Below are positions 43,585 through 53,924 of a DNA stretch of 64,000 bases, piece after piece. The DNA lies in NCBI GenBank assembly GCA_026395815.1, contig JAPLXZ010000010.1, positions 6,659-70,658 on the forward strand, read 5' to 3'. The notes beneath the pieces were generated by a model, which saw only the letters and a list, made by a program, of their open reading frames with translations, was not told the DNA's origin and searched no databases. Origin of the DNA: Candidatus Pacearchaeota archaeon. GTDB taxonomy: Archaea; Nanobdellota; Nanobdellia; Pacearchaeales; GW2011-AR1. Within the stretch, counting starts at the first letter, position 1. Each line of letters begins with the position of its first letter. The translations under genes and the position numbers were made by a program.

Positions 43585-44634
43585 TTAAATTGGCCTCAAC
43601 CATCCGCATCTGTTGCATGCTTCAACAGTGCCTTGTTTTTTAATTGTTTCTCTGAAATTCTTAAACTTTTCTCCACTGATTATTTCATCTAGGGAACTCT
43701 TTTTTACATTTCCCATTGATATAGCAAGACAAGGAAAAACTTCTCCATCAGAATTAACATGTATACTTGACCAAGGAAATTTACAAGGTTTATAGATGGT
43801 TTTATCATGTTCTTCGTTATTGATATAACCAATATTTGGCAATGGCTGTTCAGATACAAGAGAGACTATTTCTGGATGAACAAAAGAGGCTCTCTTATTC
43901 TTTATATTGTATTTTCTTACTTCTTCTAACTGTTTTTCTATTTCTTCAAACTTTTTGTAAACATATGCATGTGACCTTTTAGATATCTCTTCGAAATTGA
44001 ACATACTATCTGCATGCTGAATCGGAGAGCCCTTTAGAAATTGAAAAGCATGTGTATCTACTCCAATTTTCCCAACTAAAAATTTGTATGTTTCAAAAAG
44101 TTTTTCTGCATTTTCATCTAAAATCATTGTTTTTACATCCAATAGTGCTTCAGATTTGATTTCATTTCTTTTTTTGACAAAATATTTCATCATTTCTTTG
44201 AGATGATTCCATTGTTCTTCTCTTAAATCTCTAGTTGTATTCCCTATATCATCAATGGAAATAGACAACACTTTAAATTTAGGAAAAGAAAGAAGATAAT
44301 CTATCTTTTTTTCTGTTAATAAAATTCCATTTGTTATAATGTTAGAATCAAATTTGTTTGAGATATAGGAAAAAACCTTATCAAAACCGGGAAAAACAAG
44401 TGGTTCACCTCCAGTAAGAGTTACTCTTGCATATTCTGGAAGCTCTTTAGTTAGGCTAATCCATCCTTCTGCATTAATAGCATTTTTTTTTGGTTTTCTA
44501 TCCTGAAAACAGAAACCACATTTTAAGTTGCATAGATTTGTAATAACAAAAACATATCTTGATGGAAGCATTCCAGGAGTATTGTAAATAACTTCTGTTA
44601 AAGATTCATGACTGCTGTGAAATTTAGTGTCCAT
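43585..44634 (-). CDS. radical SAM enzyme with SPASM-like C-terminal domain
   Basis: Cluster motif ITNLCNLKCGFCFQ, then LTGGEPLVFP. C-terminal cysteines CKFPW...GEVFPCLA...ACNRCGW. Confidence 0.8.
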   Translation of the reverse strand: MDTKFHSSHESLTEVIYNTPGMLPSRYVFVITNLCNLKCGFCFQDRKPKKNAINAEGWISLTKELPEYARVTLTGGEPLVFPGFDKVFSYISNKFDSNIITNGILLTEKKIDYLLSFPKFKVLSISIDDIGNTTRDLREEQWNHLKEMMKYFVKKRNEIKSEALLDVKTMILDENAEKLFETYKFLVGKIGVDTHAFQFLKGSPIQHADSMFNFEEISKRSHAYVYKKFEEIEKQLEEVRKYNIKNKRASFVHPEIVSLVSEQPLPNIGYINNEEHDKTIYKPCKFPWSSIHVNSDGEVFPCLAISMGNVKKSSLDEIISGEKFKNFRETIKKQGTVEACNRCGWLRPI

Positions 44635-46428
44635 TTATTCTCCTTTTAGAGATTGTTCTGCAGGTTTTACAATCATATTCTCAAGAAATTCTTCTCTTGA
44701 CAAAAGAGGTTTAGCATCTTCTATAGGTCTTCCAACTTTTAACATAGGGACTGTTCTTTGATCTGGAGAAATATTAACATCACACAAAACAGGGCCATCA
44801 TATCTTAAAGCATTTTTTAATTTGCTAGCTAATTGTTTATTGTTTTTTATTCTTTCAGTTTTTAATCCATAGGCATTTCCAATTTTAACAAAATCAGGAA
44901 CAGGAATCCCATTTTCCATATCTGATGCTTCATATCTTGAATTAAGCCAATCATCCTGAGTTTGTTGTATCATTCCATATCCCTTGTTATTAAATACAAA
45001 TATCTTTATTGGCAGATTATGGTATTTTATCGTAGCTAATTCCTGTATGTTCATCTGAATTCCCCCATCTCCAATTATGCATACTACTGGTCTTTTGTCA
45101 TTAGCAAAACACGCCCCAATGCTTTCAGGCAAGGAATTACCCATAGGAGAATGATTAAATGCACTAAACAAAGTTTGTTTCTTTCTGAATCTATATCCCC
45201 CCATAGTTTGTGCAAGATTACCCCCAGCATCAGTTATTATGATATCTCCTTCAAGAGATTCTTTTGACAACACTTCCAAAAAAGCATAGGAATCCACATA
45301 ATCTGTTTTAGCAGATTCTTTATAAGGAGGATATTTATCTTTCCATTCTTTAATTCTGTCTAACCATCCCGAAAGATTTTTTTCTTTTACGTTTCTCACG
45401 TCTTGAAGTGCCATAAAAAAATCTTTAACATCTGCATTAATTGATACATCCCACTTTAATTCACTTCCCCTGAATTTTTCTAATTCAGTATTGTCTATGT
45501 CTAAAATAACTTTTTTTGCTTCTCTTGCAAACATATTCAAAGGGGTTCCTGTATGATGTGTATCCATTCTAGTTCCAAGAGCTAAGACTAAATCAGAATT
45601 TTGGATTGCAAAATTTCCATATCTTTGAGAAGTAATACCAAATCCACCTGCATTTAATTCATTATCTTCTAAAAATAAGTCTCTTGTTGCCCATGTTAAT
45701 GCAACTGGAATTTTAAGATTTCTAACAAATTTCATAGCTTCCTCTTCACATCCACTGAGTTTTACTCCTGCTCCCAAAACAATAATAGGCCTTTCAGAAT
45801 TATTAATCAACTCAACACATTGCATTGCTTGTTCTTTTATTTTTGCATAATCTACAGAAATTTTTTCTGGAATATAAGAAGGTAATCTATCTGGATTAAT
45901 ATCTGCTCTTTGAATGTCATCAGGAATATCTACTAAAACAGGGCCGGGTCTTCCAGATTTTGCAATATGAGCTGCTTTTTCTAATTCATACCTTAGCATT
46001 TTGGGATTGTCAACTAAAACAGAATATTTTGTGACTGGTTTGTATATCTTGCTTATCGGAGTTTCCTGAAACCCAATCTGCCTAACTCCTTTATCTCCTC
46101 TTAATCGATTTGTAGCAACTTGCCCCGTTATATTCAATATGGGTATAGAATCATAATAAGAACAGCAAGTTCCTGTTAAAAGATTTGTAGCTCCTGGACC
46201 AGAAGTTGTTACAGTTACTCCAATATTCTTTGTTATCCTTGAATATCCATCTGCAGCCATTGCAGCTGCTTGCTCGTGTTGAGTGCATATATATTCTATA
46301 TCTTTTCTTTTTCCTATAGAATCAAAAGTGTGAACAATCGCACCTCCTGTTATTCCAAAAATATGTTTAACTCCTAGATTGACTAAAAATTCTGCAATGT
46401 AATCTGAAGCCTTCATTTTATCTCTCAT
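44635..46428 (-). CDS. acetolactate-synthase-like TPP-dependent enzyme (stand-alone)
   Basis: ITGGAIVHTFDS...QHEQAAAMAADGY...TTSGPGATNLLTGTCCSYYDSIPILNITGQ and the TPP motif IIGDGGIQMNIQELATI...FNNKGYG. Collinear with the C-terminal ~590 aa of 32486..35041. Confidence 0.85.
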   Translation of the reverse strand: MRDKMKASDYIAEFLVNLGVKHIFGITGGAIVHTFDSIGKRKDIEYICTQHEQAAAMAADGYSRITKNIGVTVTTSGPGATNLLTGTCCSYYDSIPILNITGQVATNRLRGDKGVRQIGFQETPISKIYKPVTKYSVLVDNPKMLRYELEKAAHIAKSGRPGPVLVDIPDDIQRADINPDRLPSYIPEKISVDYAKIKEQAMQCVELINNSERPIIVLGAGVKLSGCEEEAMKFVRNLKIPVALTWATRDLFLEDNELNAGGFGITSQRYGNFAIQNSDLVLALGTRMDTHHTGTPLNMFAREAKKVILDIDNTELEKFRGSELKWDVSINADVKDFFMALQDVRNVKEKNLSGWLDRIKEWKDKYPPYKESAKTDYVDSYAFLEVLSKESLEGDIIITDAGGNLAQTMGGYRFRKKQTLFSAFNHSPMGNSLPESIGACFANDKRPVVCIIGDGGIQMNIQELATIKYHNLPIKIFVFNNKGYGMIQQTQDDWLNSRYEASDMENGIPVPDFVKIGNAYGLKTERIKNNKQLASKLKNALRYDGPVLCDVNISPDQRTVPMLKVGRPIEDAKPLLSREEFLENMIVKPAEQSLKGE

Positions 46429-46468
46429 AACCTATAACTTATAAGTTTTATTGTTCTAAAAAATAGAT

Positions 46469-47293
46469 TTATCCTCTATGTCTTCTTAATTTGAACATGT
46501 TCTTGTCTGTTTTTAACTCTCTTGCTAATTCCTCTCCTTCTTTCCATTTATCATAAACAACTGAAAAATTCCTGCCACCAGCCACTTCTCTTCCCTGTTC
46601 ACAAAGCCATTCAATACAATCGAAGATATCATCCATGCTAGTTCCTTTTTTAGTTTTCAAAAATTCTTTTGTTATCCTATATCTTTCATCAGAAGGATTA
46701 ACATTTTCTAAAATAAGTTTATGGGTTTTTGTTCTTGTCCAGCCAGGCCCAACTATGAATGCATTAATATCTTTATTTTCAACATCTAAAAACTCACACA
46801 TCTTTGCTAACAATATCTTTGCAACATTATAAGCAGAAAAATTAACTACAGCAGCATTACTGCCTCCCCCTCCAGCAAAATAAACAATATTTGATACTCT
46901 TTTTTTATTCCTAAATGGATAAAGTTCATGCAGAACTCTAAGTTGTTCAATTGAATTAACATGTACTGATTTGCTCCATTCATCAAAATCACCCCCAAAA
47001 AAAGAAGTTAATGGAAGAGGATTAGAAGGACATGAAATAAATGTGTCCCATTCTAAACCAGATTGTCTAAACGTCTTTACAAATTCACTGATACTTTTTT
47101 TATCGGAAATATCACAATAAAAAGGATAACAACCTTTGGTTTCTGTTAATTTACTTTTACTTAATGAATTTTCAGATCTGTAAGTTCCAATAACAACATC
47201 TCCTCTTTTGGAATATCTTTCTGCTAATGCTGTTCCAATATCGCTTGTTAAGGAGATTATAGAGATTACTCTTTTCCCTTGGAAATTGCCCAT
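46469..47293 (-). CDS. SDR-family oxidoreductase (atypical glycine motif)
   Basis: ISLTSDIGTALA stands in place of TGxxxGxG, and the catalytic FSAYNVAKILL (YxxxK) is present. 274 aa. Confidence 0.6.
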   Translation of the reverse strand: MGNFQGKRVISIISLTSDIGTALAERYSKRGDVVIGTYRSENSLSKSKLTETKGCYPFYCDISDKKSISEFVKTFRQSGLEWDTFISCPSNPLPLTSFFGGDFDEWSKSVHVNSIEQLRVLHELYPFRNKKRVSNIVYFAGGGGSNAAVVNFSAYNVAKILLAKMCEFLDVENKDINAFIVGPGWTRTKTHKLILENVNPSDERYRITKEFLKTKKGTSMDDIFDCIEWLCEQGREVAGGRNFSVVYDKWKEGEELARELKTDKNMFKLRRHRG

Positions 47294-47377
47294 TTAATCT
47301 TAGCAGATAACTAATTTATAAAGATTATTGTAGATTATGCAAATGATTATAAATAAATTATTTCTAAGCATATAGAA

Positions 47378-48562
47378 ATGAGAAGATTTTCTGATGCAGC
47401 AAACAGGCTTGAAGGCCAAAAGATGTTCCAAATTCTTGCAAAGACAAAAGAATTAGAGAGGCAAGGAAAAACAATTTTACATTTCGAGATAGGAGATCCG
47501 GATTTTAACACTCCAAGAAATATTGTGGATGCCGCTTATGATTCTTTAAGAAAAGGAGAAACCCACTACGCTTCTTCTTCAGGTTTATTTGAATTTAAAG
47601 TTGCGGCAGCAGAAGTGACAGAAAAGTCAAGAGGTTTTAAACCAGACTTAAATCAAATTTTAGTAACTCCTGGAGCAAATGTTCAAGTATATTACGCTGT
47701 AGCATGTACCACAAATCCAGGAGAAGAAGTTATAATTCCAGATCCCTCTTTTGTTTCTTACAAATCAGTAATCAATTTCTTAGGAGCAAAACCAGTTAGT
47801 ATCGCCCTTCTTGAAAAAAATGATTTTAGGTTAAATCCAAAAGATGTAGAAAAAGCAGTCACAGATAAAACAAGGATGATTATAATAAACTCTCCCCACA
47901 ATCCTACAGGTGCAGTTATGAAAGAAGAAGAGATAGCAGAGATTTATGATATATCAAAAAAACATGACTTTTATCTTCTAAGCGATGAGATTTACGCAAG
48001 GATGATATATGATGATTCTGAAATAAAATTTCATTCTCCAAGTGCATATGATCATTGTAAGGAAAGAGTCATATTAAGCAATAGTTTTAGTAAGTCGTAT
48101 GCAATGACTGGCTGGAGAATAGGCGGAGTTACTGCACCATCTGATTTAACAGAAAAAATGACCTTGCTTTTGGAGTCAACAACTTCTTGTGTCTCTCCTT
48201 TTATACAAAAAGCAGGAATTGAAGCTCTCAAAGGAAGTCAAGAACCAATTAAAGCAATGGTTAGAGAATTTAAAAAAAGAAGAGATTTGATGGTAGAAAA
48301 GTTGAATGCTATTCCAGGAATAAATTGCTTAAAGCCAAAAGGGGCATTTTATGTATTTCCAAACATCAGAACAACAGGATTAACAAGCCAAGAATTTACT
48401 GATTTTATGTTAGAAGAAGCAGGGGTTGCTGTTTGTCCTGGAAATTATTTTGGAGATTCTGGAGAGGGATATGTTAGATTGTGTTATGCAAACTCCCTTG
48501 AAAATATTGAAAGAGCAACAGAAAGAATGAAAGATGCTTTAGAAAACAAGACTTATCAATGA
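47378..48562 (+). CDS. class I/II (aspartate-aminotransferase-type) PLP-dependent aminotransferase
   Basis: NSPHNPTGAV and SNSFSKSYAMTGWRIGG (PLP-lysine motif), with the C-terminal YVRLCYA. Confidence 0.85.
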   Translation: MRRFSDAANRLEGQKMFQILAKTKELERQGKTILHFEIGDPDFNTPRNIVDAAYDSLRKGETHYASSSGLFEFKVAAAEVTEKSRGFKPDLNQILVTPGANVQVYYAVACTTNPGEEVIIPDPSFVSYKSVINFLGAKPVSIALLEKNDFRLNPKDVEKAVTDKTRMIIINSPHNPTGAVMKEEEIAEIYDISKKHDFYLLSDEIYARMIYDDSEIKFHSPSAYDHCKERVILSNSFSKSYAMTGWRIGGVTAPSDLTEKMTLLLESTTSCVSPFIQKAGIEALKGSQEPIKAMVREFKKRRDLMVEKLNAIPGINCLKPKGAFYVFPNIRTTGLTSQEFTDFMLEEAGVAVCPGNYFGDSGEGYVRLCYANSLENIERATERMKDALENKTYQ

Positions 48563-48624
48563 GGATTCCTCTATAAAATAACACAGTAATCTTTATAAAT
48601 AAAAATCAGAATATTAACCTTATC

Positions 48625-49713
48625 ATGGTAGATATAGAAAAAAAATATGGTTCTTTGAAAATTTTTTGGCATCCTGATAAACTTCGTTCTCTTTTAGAAG
48701 GAAAAATTACTGCTCCGATTTATGTCAGGATTAAACCAACAAATAAATGCGATCACCATTGTTATTATTGTTCTTATGATCCTAAAGTTAAAACAATTTT
48801 GTCTCAGAGATTTAAAAGGAATGATGAGATACCCAAAGAAAAGATGATGGAGATTCTTTCTGATTTTAGAGATATGGGAGTTAAAGCAGTTACTTTTTCT
48901 GGAGGAGGCGAGCCTCTGATTTATCCACACATCTCAGAAACCCTGCAAAAAACCTTGGATTATGGTATAAATCTTTCAATAATTACAAATGGTCAAAATT
49001 TAAATCAAGAAAGAGCAGAAATTTTAACACAAGCAAAATGGGTTAGAGTTTCTTTAGATTCATCAGACCCAGAAACATTTAAGGAAATAAGGCGTGTTCC
49101 TACCCAAAGATTTCATGAACTCATTTCAAATTTAAGAAATTTTGCTAGAATAAAAAATCCTAAATGCGAATTCGGAATAAATTTTGTTGTTAATGAAAAA
49201 AATTTTAGAACGGTTTATGATTCTATAAATCTCTTTAAAGAAATTGGACTTAATCATGTTAAAGTAACTCCTACTGTTTATCCTCTTTCTGCTTCTGATT
49301 TCTTTGAATATCACAAAACTATGCTTGATTCAGTAATGAGGCAGATAGAAAAAGCAAGAAAAGATTTTAGTTCAAAAGATTTTACAGTTTATGATACTTA
49401 TGAAAATGACTTTAGTGTAGCTAATGTATTTGAAAGAAGCTATGCAAGTTGTCCAATAATGCAAACAGTACCTGTTATTGGTGCAGACAGCACTGTTTAT
49501 TTTTGCCATGATAAAACTTATTCAAACAACGGGATGCTTGGCTCTTTAAAAGACAGATCTTTCAAGGATTTATGGTTTAGTGAAGAGGCAGCAAAAATAT
49601 TCAAGACTTTCAATCCGCAAGAAGGATGCAAGCATCATTGTACCAATGATTTGAGGAACAAGTTGATTATTGACACCATGGCTTGTTATGGTGAGCATGT
49701 AAATTTTATCTAA
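48625..49713 (+). CDS. radical SAM enzyme (SPASM/twitch-like C-terminus)
   Basis: Cluster motif KPTNKCDHHCYYCSYD preceded by WHPDKLRSLLEGK, then FSGGGEPLIYP. C-terminal cysteines CPIMQ...YFCHD...GCKHHC. It belongs to the same subfamily by eye as 40534..41589 and 18855..20018. Confidence 0.8.
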   Translation: MVDIEKKYGSLKIFWHPDKLRSLLEGKITAPIYVRIKPTNKCDHHCYYCSYDPKVKTILSQRFKRNDEIPKEKMMEILSDFRDMGVKAVTFSGGGEPLIYPHISETLQKTLDYGINLSIITNGQNLNQERAEILTQAKWVRVSLDSSDPETFKEIRRVPTQRFHELISNLRNFARIKNPKCEFGINFVVNEKNFRTVYDSINLFKEIGLNHVKVTPTVYPLSASDFFEYHKTMLDSVMRQIEKARKDFSSKDFTVYDTYENDFSVANVFERSYASCPIMQTVPVIGADSTVYFCHDKTYSNNGMLGSLKDRSFKDLWFSEEAAKIFKTFNPQEGCKHHCTNDLRNKLIIDTMACYGEHVNFI

Positions 49714-49718
49714 TCAAT

Positions 49719-51134
49719 ATGAAAAGAGTCTGTTTAATTAATCCTCCCTCACCAGATTTCTTGGATTTTAAGGAAAAGATAGTTCCGATAAGTTTAATCT
49801 ATTTAGGTTCTGTTTTGAAGGAAAACAATGTTGAAATAAGAATTTTAGATATAAATAATGACCTTATAACTTTAGGAAAAACTAATAATCTATCAGTTGA
49901 AGAGTATCTAAATCACTTTACAGAAGACTTAGAAAAATTTGACCCGGATTTAATTGGTATAACAGTTCTTTTTTCTGGAAGATTTAAAAAAGCGATAAAA
50001 ATTACTCAAAAATTAAAAAAAGATCTCACTAAAGATGTACCAATAATCTTTGGAGGAATTCATCCAACAATTTTTCCTAAAGAAATCTTGGAAAATTATC
50101 CTGAAGTTGATTATGTTTGTATTGGAGAAGGGGAAACAACTTTATTGGATTTAGTCAATGGAAGAAATCCAGAAAAGATAGATGGGCTTGCATCAAGATT
50201 AAATGGAAAAATCCACGTGAATCCAAAAACAAGATTTATAGAAGATTTAGATTCCTTGCCTCTTTTGGATTATGGATTAATAAATTTAAAAGATTATTAT
50301 TTCGATACTTCTAAATGGGATAATCCAAAAAATCTCTCCTTAAATAATCCAGTTCCGATATTAACAAGTCGTAGTTGCCCTCAAAATTGCACATTTTGTT
50401 CAATGCATTTAGTTCACGGTCGTGGATGGAGAGCTAGATCTGCAAAAAATGTGGCAGATGAACTTGAGACGTTAGTTAAGGAGTATGATCATCATTTTTT
50501 CACTTTTATTGATGACAATATGACCCTGAACAAGAAAAGAACTATAGAAATATGCGACGGAATAATAAAAAGAAAATTAGATATCCAATTCACAACTGTA
50601 AATGGATTAGCAATAAAAAGCCTTGATAGAGAAGTTACAGAGAAGTTAATTGAAGCGGGCTTAATCAGGCTGTATGTAGCTCCAGAACACGGTTCTCCTT
50701 ATATAAGAAATAATTGCATGGGCAAGAATTTGAGCCAAGAAACAATATACAAATTCTTTGATATGATAAAAGATTACAAGGATCTTTATGTGAGAGCTTT
50801 TTTTGTTGTGGGTTATCCACAGGAGACTAAAGAAACTTTCAAAGAAACAGAAGATATGATTGTTAGAATAAGAGACTCTTTAGATGATGTTGCTCTTTTT
50901 AATGCTGTTCCGTATCCAGGAACAAAACTTTTCGATTATTGCAAGGAAAAAAATCTTTTATTAATTCCTACAGAAAATCTTCAGGATATGGAAAATTTTT
51001 CAAATTATAATTATAGCGATAATGCGTTCATAAAACCCACCAATATGACAATTGAAGAATTGCAGGAATTTAGAAATAGATGCATGAGTCTTGTTAAGAG
51101 AAGACCAAAATCCTATGATAAAACTTTTTCTTAA
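49719..51134 (+). CDS. cobalamin-binding-domain radical SAM enzyme (class B type)
   Basis: rSAM cluster SRSCPQNCTFCSM, with IIFGGIHPTIFP and CIGEGETTL. Paralog of 9389..10801 (shared NPKTRFIxDLDSLP...YDLINLK). Confidence 0.85.
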   Translation: MKRVCLINPPSPDFLDFKEKIVPISLIYLGSVLKENNVEIRILDINNDLITLGKTNNLSVEEYLNHFTEDLEKFDPDLIGITVLFSGRFKKAIKITQKLKKDLTKDVPIIFGGIHPTIFPKEILENYPEVDYVCIGEGETTLLDLVNGRNPEKIDGLASRLNGKIHVNPKTRFIEDLDSLPLLDYGLINLKDYYFDTSKWDNPKNLSLNNPVPILTSRSCPQNCTFCSMHLVHGRGWRARSAKNVADELETLVKEYDHHFFTFIDDNMTLNKKRTIEICDGIIKRKLDIQFTTVNGLAIKSLDREVTEKLIEAGLIRLYVAPEHGSPYIRNNCMGKNLSQETIYKFFDMIKDYKDLYVRAFFVVGYPQETKETFKETEDMIVRIRDSLDDVALFNAVPYPGTKLFDYCKEKNLLLIPTENLQDMENFSNYNYSDNAFIKPTNMTIEELQEFRNRCMSLVKRRPKSYDKTFS

Positions 51135-51159
51135 GATTTTTCCCCTTTTCTTTAGTATC

Positions 51160-52578
51160 TTAAGGATTTGCAGTTGCTAATGTTTCTTTTCTGATTTGAT
51201 TTAATCTTTCTTCTGTTATGTCAAGCATATGGCAGATCTTTTTGATTTTTTCAGGACTTGAAAAATTTATCCTGTCCCATTCATATGCACGCAAAACCCT
51301 TAGGTCCTGATGTCTAAATTCATCACTTTTAATCCATCCATCTGACCACAAATGCTTGCTAAAATCAAAGCCTTCCCTAAGAAGCCCTTTTTCCTTTGCC
51401 ATTCTGTACAATTCTGTATTCGGAAGAGGAGTAGCAATAAAGAATCTGCAATAGTCAGCATTTAGTTCTTGTGCATATCTGAATGTCTGCCTTATCTCTT
51501 CCCATGTTTCTCCAGGAAAACCTACTATGAAATTAACAGCGAGATCAATACCCCTTTCTTTTATTTTTCCTATTGTCTCTTTAGCTTTACTTAAATCAAC
51601 AGGTTTATGTATAATTTCGTTTAAGACTCTTTGATTTCCGCTTTCAATTGCTATTCCTAAGTATGCACATCCGCTTTCTTTCATTAAGTCAAGCATTTCA
51701 TCATCTAATTTGAAAACTGCCGTAGCAGGGTTATTCCATTTTAAATTGTATTTTCTTTCAATCATAGTTTTAAATAATTCTTTAGCCCTTTCTTTATTTA
51801 CAGTTAAATTGTCGTCGTCAAATGAAAGGGCTTTTATTCCATAATCTTCAATCATCCATTCAATTTCTCTTGAAATATTTTCTAAATTCCTAAATCTTAC
51901 TTTTTTTCCAGATATAGAACCGACCTCACAAAATGAGCAATTGAACGGGCAGCCTCTTGATGTAACAATCCTGGCATAAGGCATGTCTCTTGGTCTGTCT
52001 ACACTTTCCCTTTGAATTTGAGTTGCATATTTCATAAAATCAACTAAATGGTAAGAAGGAAATGGAAGTGAATCTAAATCCTGAATAAAATCTGTTCTTC
52101 CTCTTTCAATTACTTTTCCATTTTCTTTATACCAAACTCCTTTTTCAGGAAAATTTCCTTTTCCGTCCAAAAATTCGCACAATTCTCTAAATGCATATTC
52201 TCCTTCCCCAACAACTTCATAGTCCACATTTGGGTCGCTTATTATTGGATAAGGATTCGACATTGCACCAACTCCTCCCACAACTATTTTGATATCAGGA
52301 AGAGTTTTTTTTGCAATTTTAGCAGCGATTAATCCAGATTCAGCATATTCATTTGTTGTTATTGATATTCCTAAGATATTTGGAGAACTTTCTCTTATTC
52401 TTTCTGAAAACTGTTCTCTTGACAGATTATCTATGTTTGCATCAATTATTTCTACATATTTTTTATCCTGAATCATTGAAGCTAAAATCCCTATGTTGTA
52501 TGGATGAGAAAACCATTTTGTTCTGCTCATTGATTCTGCCCACTCAAAATTAGGATACATCAAACTTACTTTTTTCAT
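51160..52578 (-). CDS. cobalamin-binding-domain radical SAM enzyme (class B type)
   Basis: rSAM cluster SRGCPFNCSFCEV, with IVVGGVGAMSNP and VVGEGEYAF. Confidence 0.85.
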   Translation of the reverse strand: MKKVSLMYPNFEWAESMSRTKWFSHPYNIGILASMIQDKKYVEIIDANIDNLSREQFSERIRESSPNILGISITTNEYAESGLIAAKIAKKTLPDIKIVVGGVGAMSNPYPIISDPNVDYEVVGEGEYAFRELCEFLDGKGNFPEKGVWYKENGKVIERGRTDFIQDLDSLPFPSYHLVDFMKYATQIQRESVDRPRDMPYARIVTSRGCPFNCSFCEVGSISGKKVRFRNLENISREIEWMIEDYGIKALSFDDDNLTVNKERAKELFKTMIERKYNLKWNNPATAVFKLDDEMLDLMKESGCAYLGIAIESGNQRVLNEIIHKPVDLSKAKETIGKIKERGIDLAVNFIVGFPGETWEEIRQTFRYAQELNADYCRFFIATPLPNTELYRMAKEKGLLREGFDFSKHLWSDGWIKSDEFRHQDLRVLRAYEWDRINFSSPEKIKKICHMLDITEERLNQIRKETLATANP

Positions 52579-53825
52579 AATTTTATTTCTCCTCTTTCTT
52601 TATAAGAATTATTGTGTTTTTTTCTCACTTTTTCAATAAAACTTTCTAATCTCGGAAATTGCTTTTCCATAAGAAAATCTTCCCTTGCTTTTATTATTTT
52701 CTTTTCCCATAGAGGATAGTTCAGTTTTTTTAATCGTTCTTTAAGATTTTTTTCTCTGAAAGGCAACTGAAGATTATAGTGTTTCATTAGTCTATTAATC
52801 ATAGTTGATTTTTCTTCGTATATGCAAGGAATCCCTGCTTCTAAGTATGAACTAATTTTGTTTCCAATTGAATAAATGGGGTAGTTTCCTTGTATTTTAA
52901 CTGAACTTAAAAGAAGACCAAAATCATATTTTGAAATTTCTTTTATTATTTCCTGAGGCCCAAGAGGAGGATGCACATGAAAATACTTAGATTGTAATAA
53001 TTCCTTTCCTTGTTCTGTACTTGAATCTACAAAAGAAGTTTTTGTTGCAGTATTCAATGTAGCATATATATGAATATGAATCCCCTGATTTATAATAGAC
53101 TTAAATTGTTCAAACAAATAATTATCTTCTCTTAAACCAATAGAACCAACAGAACCTATGTACACTGTATGAATCTCTTTGTCTTTTTTTGAAAGCTTAT
53201 CTTTATTTATAGGAACTAAAAAGTCCTTAAGGCAGTAAGAATAAAAATTGAGCTTTTCATTCTTCACTTTGAAACCTTTTCCGAATATTTCTTCACTTAG
53301 ATAGTCTAATTGTCCTTCTCCTCCTGTACAGAGAATTCCATCGCTTTTCTCAAAACAAAATTTTTCTGCTTTTAATTCAAATTCAGGGATTTTATGGACT
53401 TCTGTCATTATTTTTTTTGAAGGAGAAGCTTTTGATGATCTAACATCATATGTAAAATAAACAACAGGATATTTCTTAAAAAGAATCTTAGTCCATTTAC
53501 ACGGCCAGCTTGGAGTTGCCCTTGCAAAGATTATATAAGGTCTTAATTTTAATATTTGAATCCATGCTTTAAACATGCTTTTCATTCTTCTCATTACAGA
53601 TGATAAAATGGGCAAAATGTTCTTAGGTTCAATCTTAAAAAAAACAAGATTAAAGGAAATTATTTCATCAAAAGCATCCTTATAGAACCTATCTGAAGAT
53701 TTATCGCTTTCTAGAATTCTTATTGAAACAGTGTAATAGCCTTTTTTTTTAAGCATTCTAGCCATCTTGTAGACCATGATTGTTGGCCAAGGTTCTAAGA
53801 ATACTATTTGCTTTTTTTCTTCCAT
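52575..53825 (-). CDS. uncharacterised GT-B-like glycosyltransferase-family protein
   Basis: 416 aa paralog of 23772..24953, with shared N-terminus KKQIVFLE and C-terminal GNKISSYLEAGIPCIY. It overlaps the downstream rSAM gene by 4 nt. Confidence 0.5.
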   Translation of the reverse strand: MEEKKQIVFLEPWPTIMVYKMARMLKKKGYYTVSIRILESDKSSDRFYKDAFDEIISFNLVFFKIEPKNILPILSSVMRRMKSMFKAWIQILKLRPYIIFARATPSWPCKWTKILFKKYPVVYFTYDVRSSKASPSKKIMTEVHKIPEFELKAEKFCFEKSDGILCTGGEGQLDYLSEEIFGKGFKVKNEKLNFYSYCLKDFLVPINKDKLSKKDKEIHTVYIGSVGSIGLREDNYLFEQFKSIINQGIHIHIYATLNTATKTSFVDSSTEQGKELLQSKYFHVHPPLGPQEIIKEISKYDFGLLLSSVKIQGNYPIYSIGNKISSYLEAGIPCIYEEKSTMINRLMKHYNLQLPFREKNLKERLKKLNYPLWEKKIIKAREDFLMEKQFPRLESFIEKVRKKHNNSYKERGEIKL

Positions 53826-53924
53826 CTTAGTTATTTCTATTAAAACATTTTTAAACTTTGCTTAGAAATTCTATTCTTTCTCTATTATAATTAATTTTAT
53901 AAGGAGATTACAGTCTATTTTTCA

